Notes: a model not told the origin generated them from the letters alone. DNA of 64,000 bases from Candidatus Doudnabacteria bacterium (GCA_963768175.1 CAVYGQ010000001.1:100481-164480), one strand, 5' to 3'; shown: positions 53,445 to 63,589, counted from the stretch's first letter. A program made the numbers and translations.

Positions 53445-54179
53445 ATGAAAGGCATTATTCTCTCCGGCGGCAGCGGCACGCGCCTGCATCCTTTAACCAA
53501 AGTTACCAGTAAACAGCTTTTGCCGGTTTACAATAAACCGATGATTTTGTATCCGCTGGAAACCCTGCTTAAGGCCGGCATCAAAGACATTTTGATAATT
53601 ATCGCGCCGGACCACCCGGGTGACTATATGAAACTGTTGGGCTCAGGCCGCGAGTTTGGCGCCCGTTTTTCTTACGAAATTCAAGATAAGCCGGAAGGCC
53701 TGGCCCAGGCTTTTATTATTGCCGAAGATTATATTGGAAGCGATAACGTTTGCATGATTTTAGGCGACAATATTTTTGAAGACGATTTTTCCAAAACTAT
53801 CAAAAATTTCAAAAAAGGCGGGCACGTTTTTGCCAAAAAGGTGACCGATCCCCAGCGGTTCGGCGTTGTTAAATTCAACGAAAATATGGACGCGGTTAAA
53901 ATTGAAGAAAAGCCCAAGGAGTTTTTGTCCGATTACGCAATTACCGGGCTTTATCTTTACGACAATCGCGTAGTACAAGCGGCAAAATCGGTTAGGCCAT
54001 CGGCGCGGGGCGAATTGGAAATTACGGAATTGCACAACTGGTATTTAAAAAGGAATGAACTGAAAGTAGACATAGTCAAAGGGCAGTGGATAGACGCCGG
54101 CACTTTTGAATCGCTGCACCGCGCCGGCGAGCTTATGCGCCGGAAGGCATTAAATAAACCGACACCAATCCACGAATGA
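53445..54179 (+). CDS. rmlA: Glucose-1-phosphate thymidylyltransferase
   Basis: The motif MKGIILSGGSGTRLHPLT is present, with a short (244 aa) nucleotidyltransferase fold. Confidence 0.9.
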   Translation: MKGIILSGGSGTRLHPLTKVTSKQLLPVYNKPMILYPLETLLKAGIKDILIIIAPDHPGDYMKLLGSGREFGARFSYEIQDKPEGLAQAFIIAEDYIGSDNVCMILGDNIFEDDFSKTIKNFKKGGHVFAKKVTDPQRFGVVKFNENMDAVKIEEKPKEFLSDYAITGLYLYDNRVVQAAKSVRPSARGELEITELHNWYLKRNELKVDIVKGQWIDAGTFESLHRAGELMRRKALNKPTPIHE

Positions 54180-54226
54180 GACACGAATGACGCGAATCCA
54201 AACCTAAATCCGTATTCGTATCATTC

Positions 54227-55210
54227 GTGTGCGATCCGTATATTAGTGTCGCTATTATGACCAATAAAACCCAGAAAATTATCGCCGTCTCCCTTATTGC
54301 CATTGTGGTTTTTGGCGGTTTTGAGGCGCTGATTTATATTTTAAACCTTAATCAGCCGGTAATATATTTGCAGACGGCTCTGTGGATTTTTTTGTATCTG
54401 CTTTTTAATATTGTATTTTTCTTTGACCTGCATTTTAAAACTCCGGGCAGTTGGCAGAGAGCCAAAACCAAGCATCAAAATTTGGCTAAGGGGTTGGGAC
54501 GTTTTATAAAAACCGTTTTTTCCGCGTTCTGGGACCGCTTTGAGCATTTGCGGGAGCTGGAGTATTTAAAGCGATGGATTTATTTTTTACTGTTGCCCGG
54601 GTTTATTTTTTGGGCGTCGGTTTCTTTGTTTTACTCAAACTTCGGTTTCTATAAAAACCAGCAAATTATTGCCTTGTTTTCCGGTGTCGCTTTGGTGGTC
54701 TATTATTCCTATATAAAAGAAATTTTTAACCGCAAAAAAGAAGTTGTTGATAGCGATATTTTTATTGTTTTGTCGGTGATAAAAATTTATACGGCTGGCG
54801 TGCTGTTCGCGGCCAGCATGGCCATGCTAAGGAGCTATTGCCTGCAGCCTTTATATTTTAGCGCTGAGGTTTTTTGCTATACTTTTTTGCTGATTTATCA
54901 GGCGCTTTACCAGCACCGCAAAGCTAACGGTGCCACAACAGCCCAGGCTTTAATTATTTCTCTGGTCATGGCCGTTATTGGCCAGCTGGTTTATGTTTAT
55001 TGGGGATTTAATTATTTCACCGCGGCTGTGTTTTTAACCGCCTGCTATAATTTTTTCTGGGGCGTTTTCCATTACCACTTGGACAGAGCCTTGACCTGGC
55101 GGGCTTTTTTGGAAATCCTGATCATTAGCCTGATAATGGGAGGCATGGTAATTTCCGTGACCAACTTTAACGCCCGGCTTTTGGATAGCTGCCAGTATAG
55201 GGTGTTTTAA
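54227..55210 (+). CDS. Hypothetical polytopic membrane protein downstream of the rml cluster
   Basis: It has ~9 TM helices. A glycan-processing role is possible, but no motif was seen. Confidence 0.35.
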   Translation: MCDPYISVAIMTNKTQKIIAVSLIAIVVFGGFEALIYILNLNQPVIYLQTALWIFLYLLFNIVFFFDLHFKTPGSWQRAKTKHQNLAKGLGRFIKTVFSAFWDRFEHLRELEYLKRWIYFLLLPGFIFWASVSLFYSNFGFYKNQQIIALFSGVALVVYYSYIKEIFNRKKEVVDSDIFIVLSVIKIYTAGVLFAASMAMLRSYCLQPLYFSAEVFCYTFLLIYQALYQHRKANGATTAQALIISLVMAVIGQLVYVYWGFNYFTAAVFLTACYNFFWGVFHYHLDRALTWRAFLEILIISLIMGGMVISVTNFNARLLDSCQYRVF

Positions 55211-55283
55211 ACTGATCATTTAAGATTTTAAAACCCGTGGGTTTACCGCGGGTTTTTTGTTAGTTCTTGTTAATTCGTTTATC

Positions 55284-56339
55284 TTATAGCCAATACATAA
55301 ACGCAATAACGACCAAGGAAATTATCAGGACAATAAGATTGTTGAATTTTTTGTCCAAATGCCCAAGTTTTTTTTGCACGTGTTTTTGGATGTCGGAAAG
55401 CATGAGAAAAAGCAAAATAACCCCGGCAAACAAAACCAAATAGCGGTTGGCTTGGTAACCGGCCAGAGCGGAGCTGTTTAAACTGCCAATAACGGGGAGC
55501 GAAGTTTGAAAGGAGGTGGAAGAAGTCGAAGAGGCGGCAGGCTGAGAAGACACGGAAAAATTGCTTTGCGGGTTGTTTTGCGCAAACTCCTGTCCCGCTC
55601 TGGGTAAAACGGGCTGGGCAAGAGGCGAAGGTGTGGCAGGAGCGGGGGAGGGGGTTTGTGATTGCGCAGTCGTGGTTGCTGGTGCCTGTTGCAAGCCTAA
55701 AGTTTGTGGCTTAGGTGCCGGGGAAACCGGTTTGGGCGTGGCGGCAGGAGTGCTTGCGGGTACGGCAGGCGTTTTAGGTTTTGGAACGGGAGCCAGCGTG
55801 CCAAAAGTGTTGTCTATTACGGAATGGTATTGGCCGGCTGCGCTGTTACCAAAAGCAAGCCCCATGCCCTGATCCCGGAAGCCATCGTTTAAAATGTTGG
55901 CGCGGTGTTCCGGGCTGTTCATCCAGGCGTTTATTAAACTGTCGGTGTCGTAAAATTCTATGGCGATATTTTCGCCAAGCTCCAAATAAGGGGTATAGCC
56001 CGCGGCCACGATTTTATCCCAAATGTAATGGCCGTCGGGATCCACATGGGCAAAGTAGTGCCTGGCCTGCATGTCATCGCATTTGCTTTGCGCCGCCCAG
56101 GTCAGTTTGTTGTTGGTGTTTAATGTCGTTAAATCCCTTAGGGAACGTTGCTGGTTTACGGCGTTAAGAATATTGCCTGTGGTTAAATCCGAAGCTTGAG
56201 AAATCCCGTTTTGGGGGATTACCAGGGCAATAAAAACCTTTACGGCTAAAAAGGCAAGCAATAAAAGTCCAAGGGTATTGGGTTTTAGTAATCCTTGGTA
56301 ATTATCCGAATTTTGCTTAGGTAAGGGCTTTTCTGCCAT
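55284..56339 (-). CDS. CAP/SCP (PR-1-like) domain protein with Pro/Thr/Ala-rich linker and C-terminal TM anchor
   Basis: It has an N-terminal TM/signal and a CAP core (QQRSLRDL...HYFAHVDPDGH...NAWMNSPEHRANIL). The low-complexity linker is PAVPASTPAATPKPV. Confidence 0.75.
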   Translation of the reverse strand: MAEKPLPKQNSDNYQGLLKPNTLGLLLLAFLAVKVFIALVIPQNGISQASDLTTGNILNAVNQQRSLRDLTTLNTNNKLTWAAQSKCDDMQARHYFAHVDPDGHYIWDKIVAAGYTPYLELGENIAIEFYDTDSLINAWMNSPEHRANILNDGFRDQGMGLAFGNSAAGQYHSVIDNTFGTLAPVPKPKTPAVPASTPAATPKPVSPAPKPQTLGLQQAPATTTAQSQTPSPAPATPSPLAQPVLPRAGQEFAQNNPQSNFSVSSQPAASSTSSTSFQTSLPVIGSLNSSALAGYQANRYLVLFAGVILLFLMLSDIQKHVQKKLGHLDKKFNNLIVLIISLVVIAFMYWL

Positions 56340-56436
56340 AAAAAGAGGTTATGATATTCCTATTTTACCACGTAATTAACAACTTGACAAATTTTAACTT
56401 TTATGCTAGTATGCTATGTTGATATAAATTCCATAT

Positions 56437-57756
56437 ATGACCCAAGATTCTTCAATCAAAAAATATCCCCATACAACCGCTGAAGTGGCGCAAATGTTAG
56501 GTATGCACCCGACCGGCCAGAATTTGCCCATGGGCAGTTTTGCTGTTTCCGATTTGCCGGTGGCAGACTTGCCGGTGGCCGAGGATGTTGTCTCCGGCCA
56601 AAAGCAGGCGGAGCCGGCAGCTTACGCGCCTGAGTTATCCGAAAATATGGGCAATGAAAAAGCCGCTTTACCTGACGAAAGCGAACTTGAGTCAATTCAG
56701 GAAAGGGCGGCTGACCAGCCTGTTTATGTTAAAGTGGGCAAAGCGCTTTTGCCTTACGCCGCTATTTTTTTGATCGGGATATTCTTGTATTATTTCTTTT
56801 TTACCAAAGTGGATTTTACCACGGTGTTTAAATTTTCTCCCAAAGCCGCCACCCCGCAAATAACGGAAATTCAGAAATTGGAACAACAGGACGCGGCTTC
56901 ATACCAAAGTTGGGTTGCCAGTTACTATTATGATGTCAGCGACCCCAACATTTTAGACCCCGAAGCCGACAATTCCGGCAACGGCTTATCTAATTTTCAA
57001 AAGTACCTTTTGAATTTAAACCCCAAATCTTACGATACTTTGGGCTTGGGGCAAGCCGACAGCCAGAGTATTGCCATGGGCATTAATCCGCTTACAGGCG
57101 GCCCTGAAACGGATGCCCAAAAAGCCATTGTCAGCAAATATATAGACATGGAAGTGGTGATGAACCGCTTGACCTTGTCTAATATGCAAAACCCTCCGGA
57201 AGTGGCCGGAGCCAATACCTCTGACGGCAACTCCGCGGAAAGCCAAAAGTTTTCCATCAGGGGCGGGACGTCCGCAAACCAGATTAACAGCAGCCAGGTG
57301 GACATTAATACCGGCGTGCCCGGTCTTTTGGAAATTCCCGATTTAAAAATAAAGGTCCCGATTATTTGGAGCACGGATCCTAAAAATTTCGACAATGATT
57401 TACAAATTGGCGTAGTCCATTATCCGAGCACGGCTTTGCCCGGGGAAATCGGCACCGCATACATAGCCGGCCACAGCAGCAATTATGTTTGGGCCAAAGG
57501 CAGTTATAACCAGATTTTTTCCAAGTTAGGGGATTTGGCCCTTAATACCTCGTTCAAAATTACGGTTACGCAACAAAGCGGCAAAACCGCGGTGCTTGAT
57601 TATGTTGTCACCAAAATCCAGCAATACAGCCCCACCGATCAGGCGCAATTTGAGAGCTCGGATAAATCCGTTGTCGCCCTTTCCACCTGCTGGCCGGTTG
57701 GCAGCACGGCAAAAAGATTGGTTGTGTTTGGACAGCTGACGCAAGTAGTAAAATAA
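56437..57756 (+). CDS. Sortase-family transpeptidase with long N-terminal extension
   Basis: A TM helix is followed by the sortase His (YIAGHSSNY), the catalytic Cys (VVALSTCWP) and the Arg (KRLVVFG). Confidence 0.75.
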   Translation: MTQDSSIKKYPHTTAEVAQMLGMHPTGQNLPMGSFAVSDLPVADLPVAEDVVSGQKQAEPAAYAPELSENMGNEKAALPDESELESIQERAADQPVYVKVGKALLPYAAIFLIGIFLYYFFFTKVDFTTVFKFSPKAATPQITEIQKLEQQDAASYQSWVASYYYDVSDPNILDPEADNSGNGLSNFQKYLLNLNPKSYDTLGLGQADSQSIAMGINPLTGGPETDAQKAIVSKYIDMEVVMNRLTLSNMQNPPEVAGANTSDGNSAESQKFSIRGGTSANQINSSQVDINTGVPGLLEIPDLKIKVPIIWSTDPKNFDNDLQIGVVHYPSTALPGEIGTAYIAGHSSNYVWAKGSYNQIFSKLGDLALNTSFKITVTQQSGKTAVLDYVVTKIQQYSPTDQAQFESSDKSVVALSTCWPVGSTAKRLVVFGQLTQVVK

Positions 57757-57913
57757 TCTTAAATTTTACTGAGTAGACAGTGCCTATCATCGCAGTAATT
57801 TACGATGGTAGGCGTTACTCTACTCGGGCTTCGGCCGCGAGTTGCATCCCGATTTGTAAATCGGGGTGAAGTTCGGCCGATGTGCCGAGATTACAGTTCG
57901 GATCGGAGGATCC

Positions 57914-58702
57914 ATGAAAATCGCTCGTTTGAATGTAGGCCAGATTTTGGCTGTGACTATGGCAGTGCTTTTGGCACTCGCCGGCGTCCAGCCCGTTGTC
58001 GCTGCCGAACCGGCCGCGGCTTCTGATCCGGCAACCCTGACTAGGGAACGGGTCAACAAGGTCGGCCGCGGACGTTACGTAGCGGCTGATGATTTCCGGG
58101 TTAACTCGACCATAAGTTTCTCGCAGCCGGACTACAAGTTCGAGAGCCGGCTGCCGCAGGGCTTCGGTCGCGCTACCGCTAAGCATCTGGGCGTCGCTGG
58201 GAAGAGGTTCTGGAATGAGTATCCTGGCATCGGTGCGGCGCTAGTCGTAATGGCACCGGAAACGGTCCTCATTTACGACACGGTCTCCCGTGTTGCGCTG
58301 TATGTAACCGGTTGCCATCGGGAAGGGAAGAAAGGCGGACTCAACCGTATTAAGGAAGAGAATCCTCCACAACCCGAACTAACTTCCGTACCTTCTGTGG
58401 TTCCTCCCACAGAACTGAAAGGAGAACTGAAGGGTTCGCAGCCGACCCCAACTCCTACGCCTACACCGGTGCCAACGCCGATGTTGCGTGTCGACCACAA
58501 CACGACGAACGTGCACGTTGATAACAGCACGCGCATCGTCAACGTGACCGAACACAAGGCGAAATGCGGCCGAGGCTGCAAGGTAGCGATATTCATCGCC
58601 ATCGGCGCGGCCGGAGCTGCCGGAGCTGCTCTCGCGATCGGGCACAAAGGTGGCACTACCACTTGTGCCTCCTGCACAGGAGGCCCAGGACCCAGGCCAT
58701 AA
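57914..58702 (+). CDS. GC-rich secreted/anchored protein (signal peptide, PT-repeat linker, C-terminal hydrophobic segment)
   Basis: The gene is ~60% GC. It has a signal peptide (MKIARLNVGQILAVTMAVLLALAGVQPVVAAEP), a PTPTPTPTPVPTP linker and a C-terminal VAIFIAIGAAGAAGAALAIG segment. Confidence 0.45.
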   Translation: MKIARLNVGQILAVTMAVLLALAGVQPVVAAEPAAASDPATLTRERVNKVGRGRYVAADDFRVNSTISFSQPDYKFESRLPQGFGRATAKHLGVAGKRFWNEYPGIGAALVVMAPETVLIYDTVSRVALYVTGCHREGKKGGLNRIKEENPPQPELTSVPSVVPPTELKGELKGSQPTPTPTPTPVPTPMLRVDHNTTNVHVDNSTRIVNVTEHKAKCGRGCKVAIFIAIGAAGAAGAALAIGHKGGTTTCASCTGGPGPRP

Positions 58703-58823
58703 GGACCCAACGAGCACACTGGAAGGGGGTCGTCGCTTGCGACTACCCCCTCATCCTCTCCTCAATTTTTATATACTTTCAACTTTTTCGCTTATTTAAA
58801 AGGTAAATTATTTGGCTTAGGTC

Positions 58824-58852
58824 TTGACAAAACGTCAATTTGATACTATAAT
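58824..58852 (+). promoter_or_regulatory. Canonical sigma70-like promoter of the giant surface protein gene
   Basis: TTGACA (58824-58829), a 17-bp spacer, then TATAAT (58847-58852). The gene starts ~70 bp downstream. Confidence 0.65.
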
Positions 58853-58919
58853 GTGAAGTTATTAAAATTAATCATGGATTTAAGTTTGAGATAGTTTAAT
58901 AACATTTTAAGTAAATGAT

Positions 58920-61900
58920 ATGAGCATCAAAACATTCTCTAAATTTAGTATGGGCTTAAAGGTCATCGCTATTTTAGGTATTACCTCTATGGCTGTTTTG
59001 GCGTTAGTCCCTAGGGAGGCTGGCGTTTTGCTGGCAGATAATAATGCTAATTGCACTACTTCCACCACGCCGACGTTTAACCCGTATCCGGTTTCAAATA
59101 ATCCCGGTAACTGTCAGGACTACCCGTTCATCGCTTCCAAAGTAATACACAGCGATGGTTCGCAAACCGGTTTTAGTACTGGTTCAATACAAGCCCAACC
59201 CGGTGATAAAGTTGAAGTCCAATTATACATAGATAACGGAGCCGCTTTAGGTTCTCCTGCTCTAACAAATATTCAATTAACAACCAGTGCCGTTCTAAGC
59301 GCAGGTTCTTCCCATTCCGTTTCGGCTTCCGTTACAGCCAGCAATGCCAATAACTCTTTAAGCGGTAGCTTAAACATTTTAACCCCAAACAGTTCCACTT
59401 TGCAGGTTGATCCTTTAACCGGGCAATGGTACCAGCAAACTACCTCCATGGGCAATTTGGGCAATATTGTTAACACTACGACCCATTTGCCCGACCAGGC
59501 CGCTTGTTTCCCTTATGTCCGATTTATTAATATGGTTTTTGATGTTGTCGGGCAACAGGTAACCCAATCCGTTACCTTAACCGCCACGCCAAACCCTGTT
59601 TGTATTGGAGCTTTAACTACCTATTCAATAACTTCTACTGTAAATGGCCCGATTGTTTGGACCTCAACTTTTAACGGCCAACCGACCGGTGAGAACAATT
59701 CTTATCCCGGACAGAATTTAACCCCGCAAAACGGAGTGTATGTTTGGAGCGCCGTGGGTGATTATTGGGGCGATCATTTCCACAGCGGCAATCCCTTGGC
59801 CGATGTCGGTACTTGGACTAAAACGGCGACCATTAATGGCGTGCAGAGCAATACCGTAACTTTTCAGGTTAAGGATTGTACGCCCCCCGTACAAAAATCC
59901 GCCAGCATCACCGCCACTTTAGGCAGCGCCAATAAAGCTCAGTGTTTATATAACGGCAATGTGACTTGGCAGAGCAGTGGTTATGATGCCGTGGCGGTTT
60001 ACGTCCAATCGGTTGGCGCCAACGACTATTCGCTGGTGGCTGCCAACCTTCAGGGCAGTACCAATATTCCCTGGTTCATTCCGGGCAGAAATTACGAGTT
60101 TACCCTTTGGACGGTCAGTGTTTCCAACGGCGTATACACCAAAGTAAGCCAGATTGCCGATCCGGCGATTGTCAACGTGCCTGCTTTGGATTGTACCGTG
60201 CCGGTGACTTTAACCTGCAGTGCTTCTCCTATTTTAGCCAATATCAACGATCCAGTAACTTTTGGTGCTTTAGGCGGTTCCGGTCCATACTCTTGGACTA
60301 ATGGCGAAAATCCCGCCACTGGTAGTGGCCAGAGTTTTACCACCAGTTTTTCTTCAGCCGGTAACAAAACCGTGACTGTCCACAGCCAAGACGGCCAGAT
60401 TGCCTATTGCAGTGTGACTATAAAACAGCCGGTTCAGAAACCCGCGACTTTAAATTGTGCTACCCCGACCATCCAAGCCAATATTGATGATACCGTAACC
60501 TTTGGTGCTAATGGCGGCACCGCTCCTTATTCCTGGAGTAATGGTGGCAATCCTTCCAACGGTAGCGGCCAGAATTTTTCTACCAAGTTTTCTTCTTCCG
60601 GCAACAAAACGGTTACCGTCTCTAGTTCCGACGGTCAGACTGCCTATTGCAGTGTGACTATAAATCCGCCCCCCGTAAACAAATCCGCCAGCATCACCGC
60701 CACTTTAGGCAGCGCCAATAAAGCTCAGTGTTTATATAACGGCAATGTGACTTGGCAGAGCAGTGGTTATGATGCCGTGGCGGTTTACGTCCAATCGGTT
60801 GGCGCCAACGACTATTCGCTGGTGGCTGCCAACCTTCAGGGCAGTACCAATATTCCCTGGTTCATTCCGGGCAGAAATTACGAGTTTACCCTTTGGACGG
60901 TCAGTGTTTCCAACGGCGTATACACCAAAGTAAGCCAGATTGCCGATCCGGCGATTGTCAACGTGCCTGCTTTGGATTGTACCGTGCCGGTGACTTTAAC
61001 CTGCAGTGCTTCCCCTAATCCGGTTGACATTAACAATCCGGTTATCTTTACCGCCACTGGCGGCGCCGCTCCTTATAATTGGAGTAACGGCGGCTATCCT
61101 TCCACCGGCAGCGGCCAGAGCTTTTCCACTACTTATTCCACAGCCGGCACCAAGACAGCTACGGTTTCCAGTTCCGACGGCCAGACCGCTAACTGCAGCG
61201 TGGTTGTCAAGCCGACAGTACAGCAAAATGCCCAGTTAACTTTGACTAAACAGGTCAAGAATCTGGGTCCCAGCCAGACCACCCTTTATGATAAAAGCGT
61301 GCTGGCCGAGCAAGGCGATGCCGTCCGCTATCTAATAACCGTAACCAATATCAGCTCCGTAACCGCCAACAATGTTTCAGTGACGGATACTCAAGGATCA
61401 AGTGCCGGTAATGTTACGACTTCCGGGTCAAACGGCAGTGCTGTTCCAATTTCTGGCAGCTTACAAAACGGTTTAAACTTCGGCTCTTTAGCCGCCGGAA
61501 GTTCGGTTTATATTACCTATACTTTACCGGTAAATGTCAACAGCGGCAGCATTGACAATACGGCAACGGTCAGCGCTTCCAATGCCAACAGTGCCAGCGA
61601 TTCGGCCGTTGTTACTATTACAGCAATTCCTATTTGCCAGGCCGACAGCAATTTTGCCTTAAACGCTTCTACTCCGGTCAAAAACGGCTCAAGCTATTCG
61701 GTTACTTTAACTTGGTCTTCCACAGGGAATAATCAAATTAAAATCACCCAAATTAATCCGGGCGCCGGTTATGAAAATACTATAGCCATCGGCAGTTCGA
61801 GTGGCAGTCAAACTATTAACGGCCTACTTCCGGGCAGCACTTACATCTTTAAGATGTATGATGTTTCTTGCAGCCAATTTTTAACCTCCGTCCAGGTTGT

Positions 61901-63338
61901 TACTCCTTCTAATCCGGGTCAGCTGACTTGTTCTGTTCAAAGTTCAACCATCAATTCGGGCTCTGCGGCTAACTTTACCGCCCAGGGCGGCATGGCTCCT
62001 TATAACTGGAGCGGTGATGGCAGTCCGTCAAGCGGAAGCGGTTCTTCTTATAATCCGGTTTACACCAACACTACTACGTCTTCCATAAATCACAGTGTTT
62101 CGGTTACAAGTTCCGACGGCCAGACCGCTAACTGCAGCGTGGTTGTTAACGGCCAGCAGCAAAATAACGGTAACATCAATAATAATTGCGTCAACAATTC
62201 CTGCAACGACACGACTAATAATACGGATAACTCTGTCAATAACAGCAATAATCCAATCACAACCAACACCGACAATTCCATTAATAATAGCTATAATAAC
62301 ACCAGCTCAATAAATGACAGCTACAACAATTATACCTATAACAACACGGTATATATTAGCAGCAACGGCAATGTGGTGCCGGCTAATCAGTTCAGCCAGC
62401 TCTCTATAACCAAAAGCGTCAGGGATGTTTATAACAATTATAACAGTTACAACAACTATTATAACGGAAGCTTCAGCAACAGCGTCAGCGCCAATAACGG
62501 CGATACCGTGCAGTTCCAAATTGTGGTCAGTAACAGCGGCTCGGCGACCGCCAACAACGTGCGCGTTACCGACATCCTGCCTTCGGGATTGAATTTGGTT
62601 TACGGCAGCGTAACGGTTAACGGGAGCCAGGCTTCCGACAACAATCTTTCCAACGGCATGTATTTGGGCAGCTTAAGCTCCAGCCAGTCGGAAACCATAA
62701 CCTTTTCGGCTACGGTTTCGGGATACGGCTCTTCCAGTAGCATCCAAAATACGGCTACAGCCAGTTCAGATAATGCCGGTTCGGTTCAGGCCAGCGCTTG
62801 GGTATTTGTTAACGGCAACGGCAATGTTTTGGGCGGCAACGTTAATTTAACCTACAGCAAGAGCGCGCTTAACAACACCAAAAATCAAGACGCCACCGCG
62901 GTAGCCGCATCCAGGGAAGACTTTATTACCTACACTTTGACCGCTTCCAACAGCGGCAACACGCCAGCTACCAATTTCATTATTACCGATGATTTATCCC
63001 AGGTTTTGCCTTATGCCGACATGACAGACTTCGGCGGCGGCAGCCTAAACGGCAATGTGATTACTTTCCCCGGGATAACCGTGCCGGCCAACGGTAGCGT
63101 CACCAGGAGCTTTGAGGTTAGGGTTAAGTATTCGCTCTCTAGTAATTTAAGCTATGTTATGACTAACACTTACGGCAATACCGTGACCATTAGGATTAAC
63201 ACCCCGCAAGTCTTAGGCGCCTTTACCGCTCCCAAGACCGGCGCGGACACCAATGCCTTTGTCTTTGCCGGAATCTTAACGTCCGGACTTGCGATCTACA
63301 AAAAGAAAAATTTGCTGATGAAATTGATATTTAATTAA
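58920..63338 (+). CDS. Giant (1472 aa) repeat-rich cell-surface protein with candidate sortase sorting signal
   Basis: The N-terminus has a signal/TM segment. Several ~90-aa Ig-like modules are present (TFGA.GG.APYSW.NG.NP..GSGQ.F.T.FSS.G.KTVTV.S.DGQ.A.CSV.), with three DUF11-like domains and an Asn-rich low-complexity tract. The C-terminus reads TAPKTG, then a hydrophobic stretch, then KKKN. Confidence 0.8.
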   Translation: MSIKTFSKFSMGLKVIAILGITSMAVLALVPREAGVLLADNNANCTTSTTPTFNPYPVSNNPGNCQDYPFIASKVIHSDGSQTGFSTGSIQAQPGDKVEVQLYIDNGAALGSPALTNIQLTTSAVLSAGSSHSVSASVTASNANNSLSGSLNILTPNSSTLQVDPLTGQWYQQTTSMGNLGNIVNTTTHLPDQAACFPYVRFINMVFDVVGQQVTQSVTLTATPNPVCIGALTTYSITSTVNGPIVWTSTFNGQPTGENNSYPGQNLTPQNGVYVWSAVGDYWGDHFHSGNPLADVGTWTKTATINGVQSNTVTFQVKDCTPPVQKSASITATLGSANKAQCLYNGNVTWQSSGYDAVAVYVQSVGANDYSLVAANLQGSTNIPWFIPGRNYEFTLWTVSVSNGVYTKVSQIADPAIVNVPALDCTVPVTLTCSASPILANINDPVTFGALGGSGPYSWTNGENPATGSGQSFTTSFSSAGNKTVTVHSQDGQIAYCSVTIKQPVQKPATLNCATPTIQANIDDTVTFGANGGTAPYSWSNGGNPSNGSGQNFSTKFSSSGNKTVTVSSSDGQTAYCSVTINPPPVNKSASITATLGSANKAQCLYNGNVTWQSSGYDAVAVYVQSVGANDYSLVAANLQGSTNIPWFIPGRNYEFTLWTVSVSNGVYTKVSQIADPAIVNVPALDCTVPVTLTCSASPNPVDINNPVIFTATGGAAPYNWSNGGYPSTGSGQSFSTTYSTAGTKTATVSSSDGQTANCSVVVKPTVQQNAQLTLTKQVKNLGPSQTTLYDKSVLAEQGDAVRYLITVTNISSVTANNVSVTDTQGSSAGNVTTSGSNGSAVPISGSLQNGLNFGSLAAGSSVYITYTLPVNVNSGSIDNTATVSASNANSASDSAVVTITAIPICQADSNFALNASTPVKNGSSYSVTLTWSSTGNNQIKITQINPGAGYENTIAIGSSSGSQTINGLLPGSTYIFKMYDVSCSQFLTSVQVVTPSNPGQLTCSVQSSTINSGSAANFTAQGGMAPYNWSGDGSPSSGSGSSYNPVYTNTTTSSINHSVSVTSSDGQTANCSVVVNGQQQNNGNINNNCVNNSCNDTTNNTDNSVNNSNNPITTNTDNSINNSYNNTSSINDSYNNYTYNNTVYISSNGNVVPANQFSQLSITKSVRDVYNNYNSYNNYYNGSFSNSVSANNGDTVQFQIVVSNSGSATANNVRVTDILPSGLNLVYGSVTVNGSQASDNNLSNGMYLGSLSSSQSETITFSATVSGYGSSSSIQNTATASSDNAGSVQASAWVFVNGNGNVLGGNVNLTYSKSALNNTKNQDATAVAASREDFITYTLTASNSGNTPATNFIITDDLSQVLPYADMTDFGGGSLNGNVITFPGITVPANGSVTRSFEVRVKYSLSSNLSYVMTNTYGNTVTIRINTPQVLGAFTAPKTGADTNAFVFAGILTSGLAIYKKKNLLMKLIFN
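59895..60226 (+). repeat. 332-bp internal direct repeat, copy 1 (identical copy at 60681-61012)
   Basis: By eye the two stretches are nucleotide-identical, with a period of 786 bp (262 aa). Confidence 0.85.
60681..61012 (+). repeat. 332-bp internal direct repeat, copy 2
   Basis: See copy 1. Confidence 0.85.
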
Positions 63339-63589
63339 GACGCGAATTTTGCGCGTAAGTAGGGGCGGCCATTGGCCGCCCCTAACTTTGTTTTACTGAT
63401 TATTTCGGGCAGGAATTACATTGTTTGTGGATATGTTACAATAGCTTAGAGTTTTAGCCGTATTTAAGACTACTTGCAATAAAGGATAAAAGTGCTATTA
63501 TAAATTAAACGGCGTAATAATAAACAAAAACAAACAGCCCAAAAGAGCTGTTTTATTTGTAATATTGGAAAAATCAGAAAATCAGATAA

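Noticed and set aside
55561-56167. Plus-strand ORFs 55561-55872, 55704-55892 and 55781-56167 opposite the CAP-domain gene
   Set aside because: They are antisense to a well-supported gene, within its GC-rich Pro/Ala/Thr linker. They are shadow ORFs created by codon bias.
57805-58719. Multiple overlapping ORFs on both strands around the GC-rich gene 57914-58702
   Set aside because: High GC suppresses stop codons in all frames. Only the frame with a signal peptide, PT linker and hydrophobic C-terminus has protein-like organisation.
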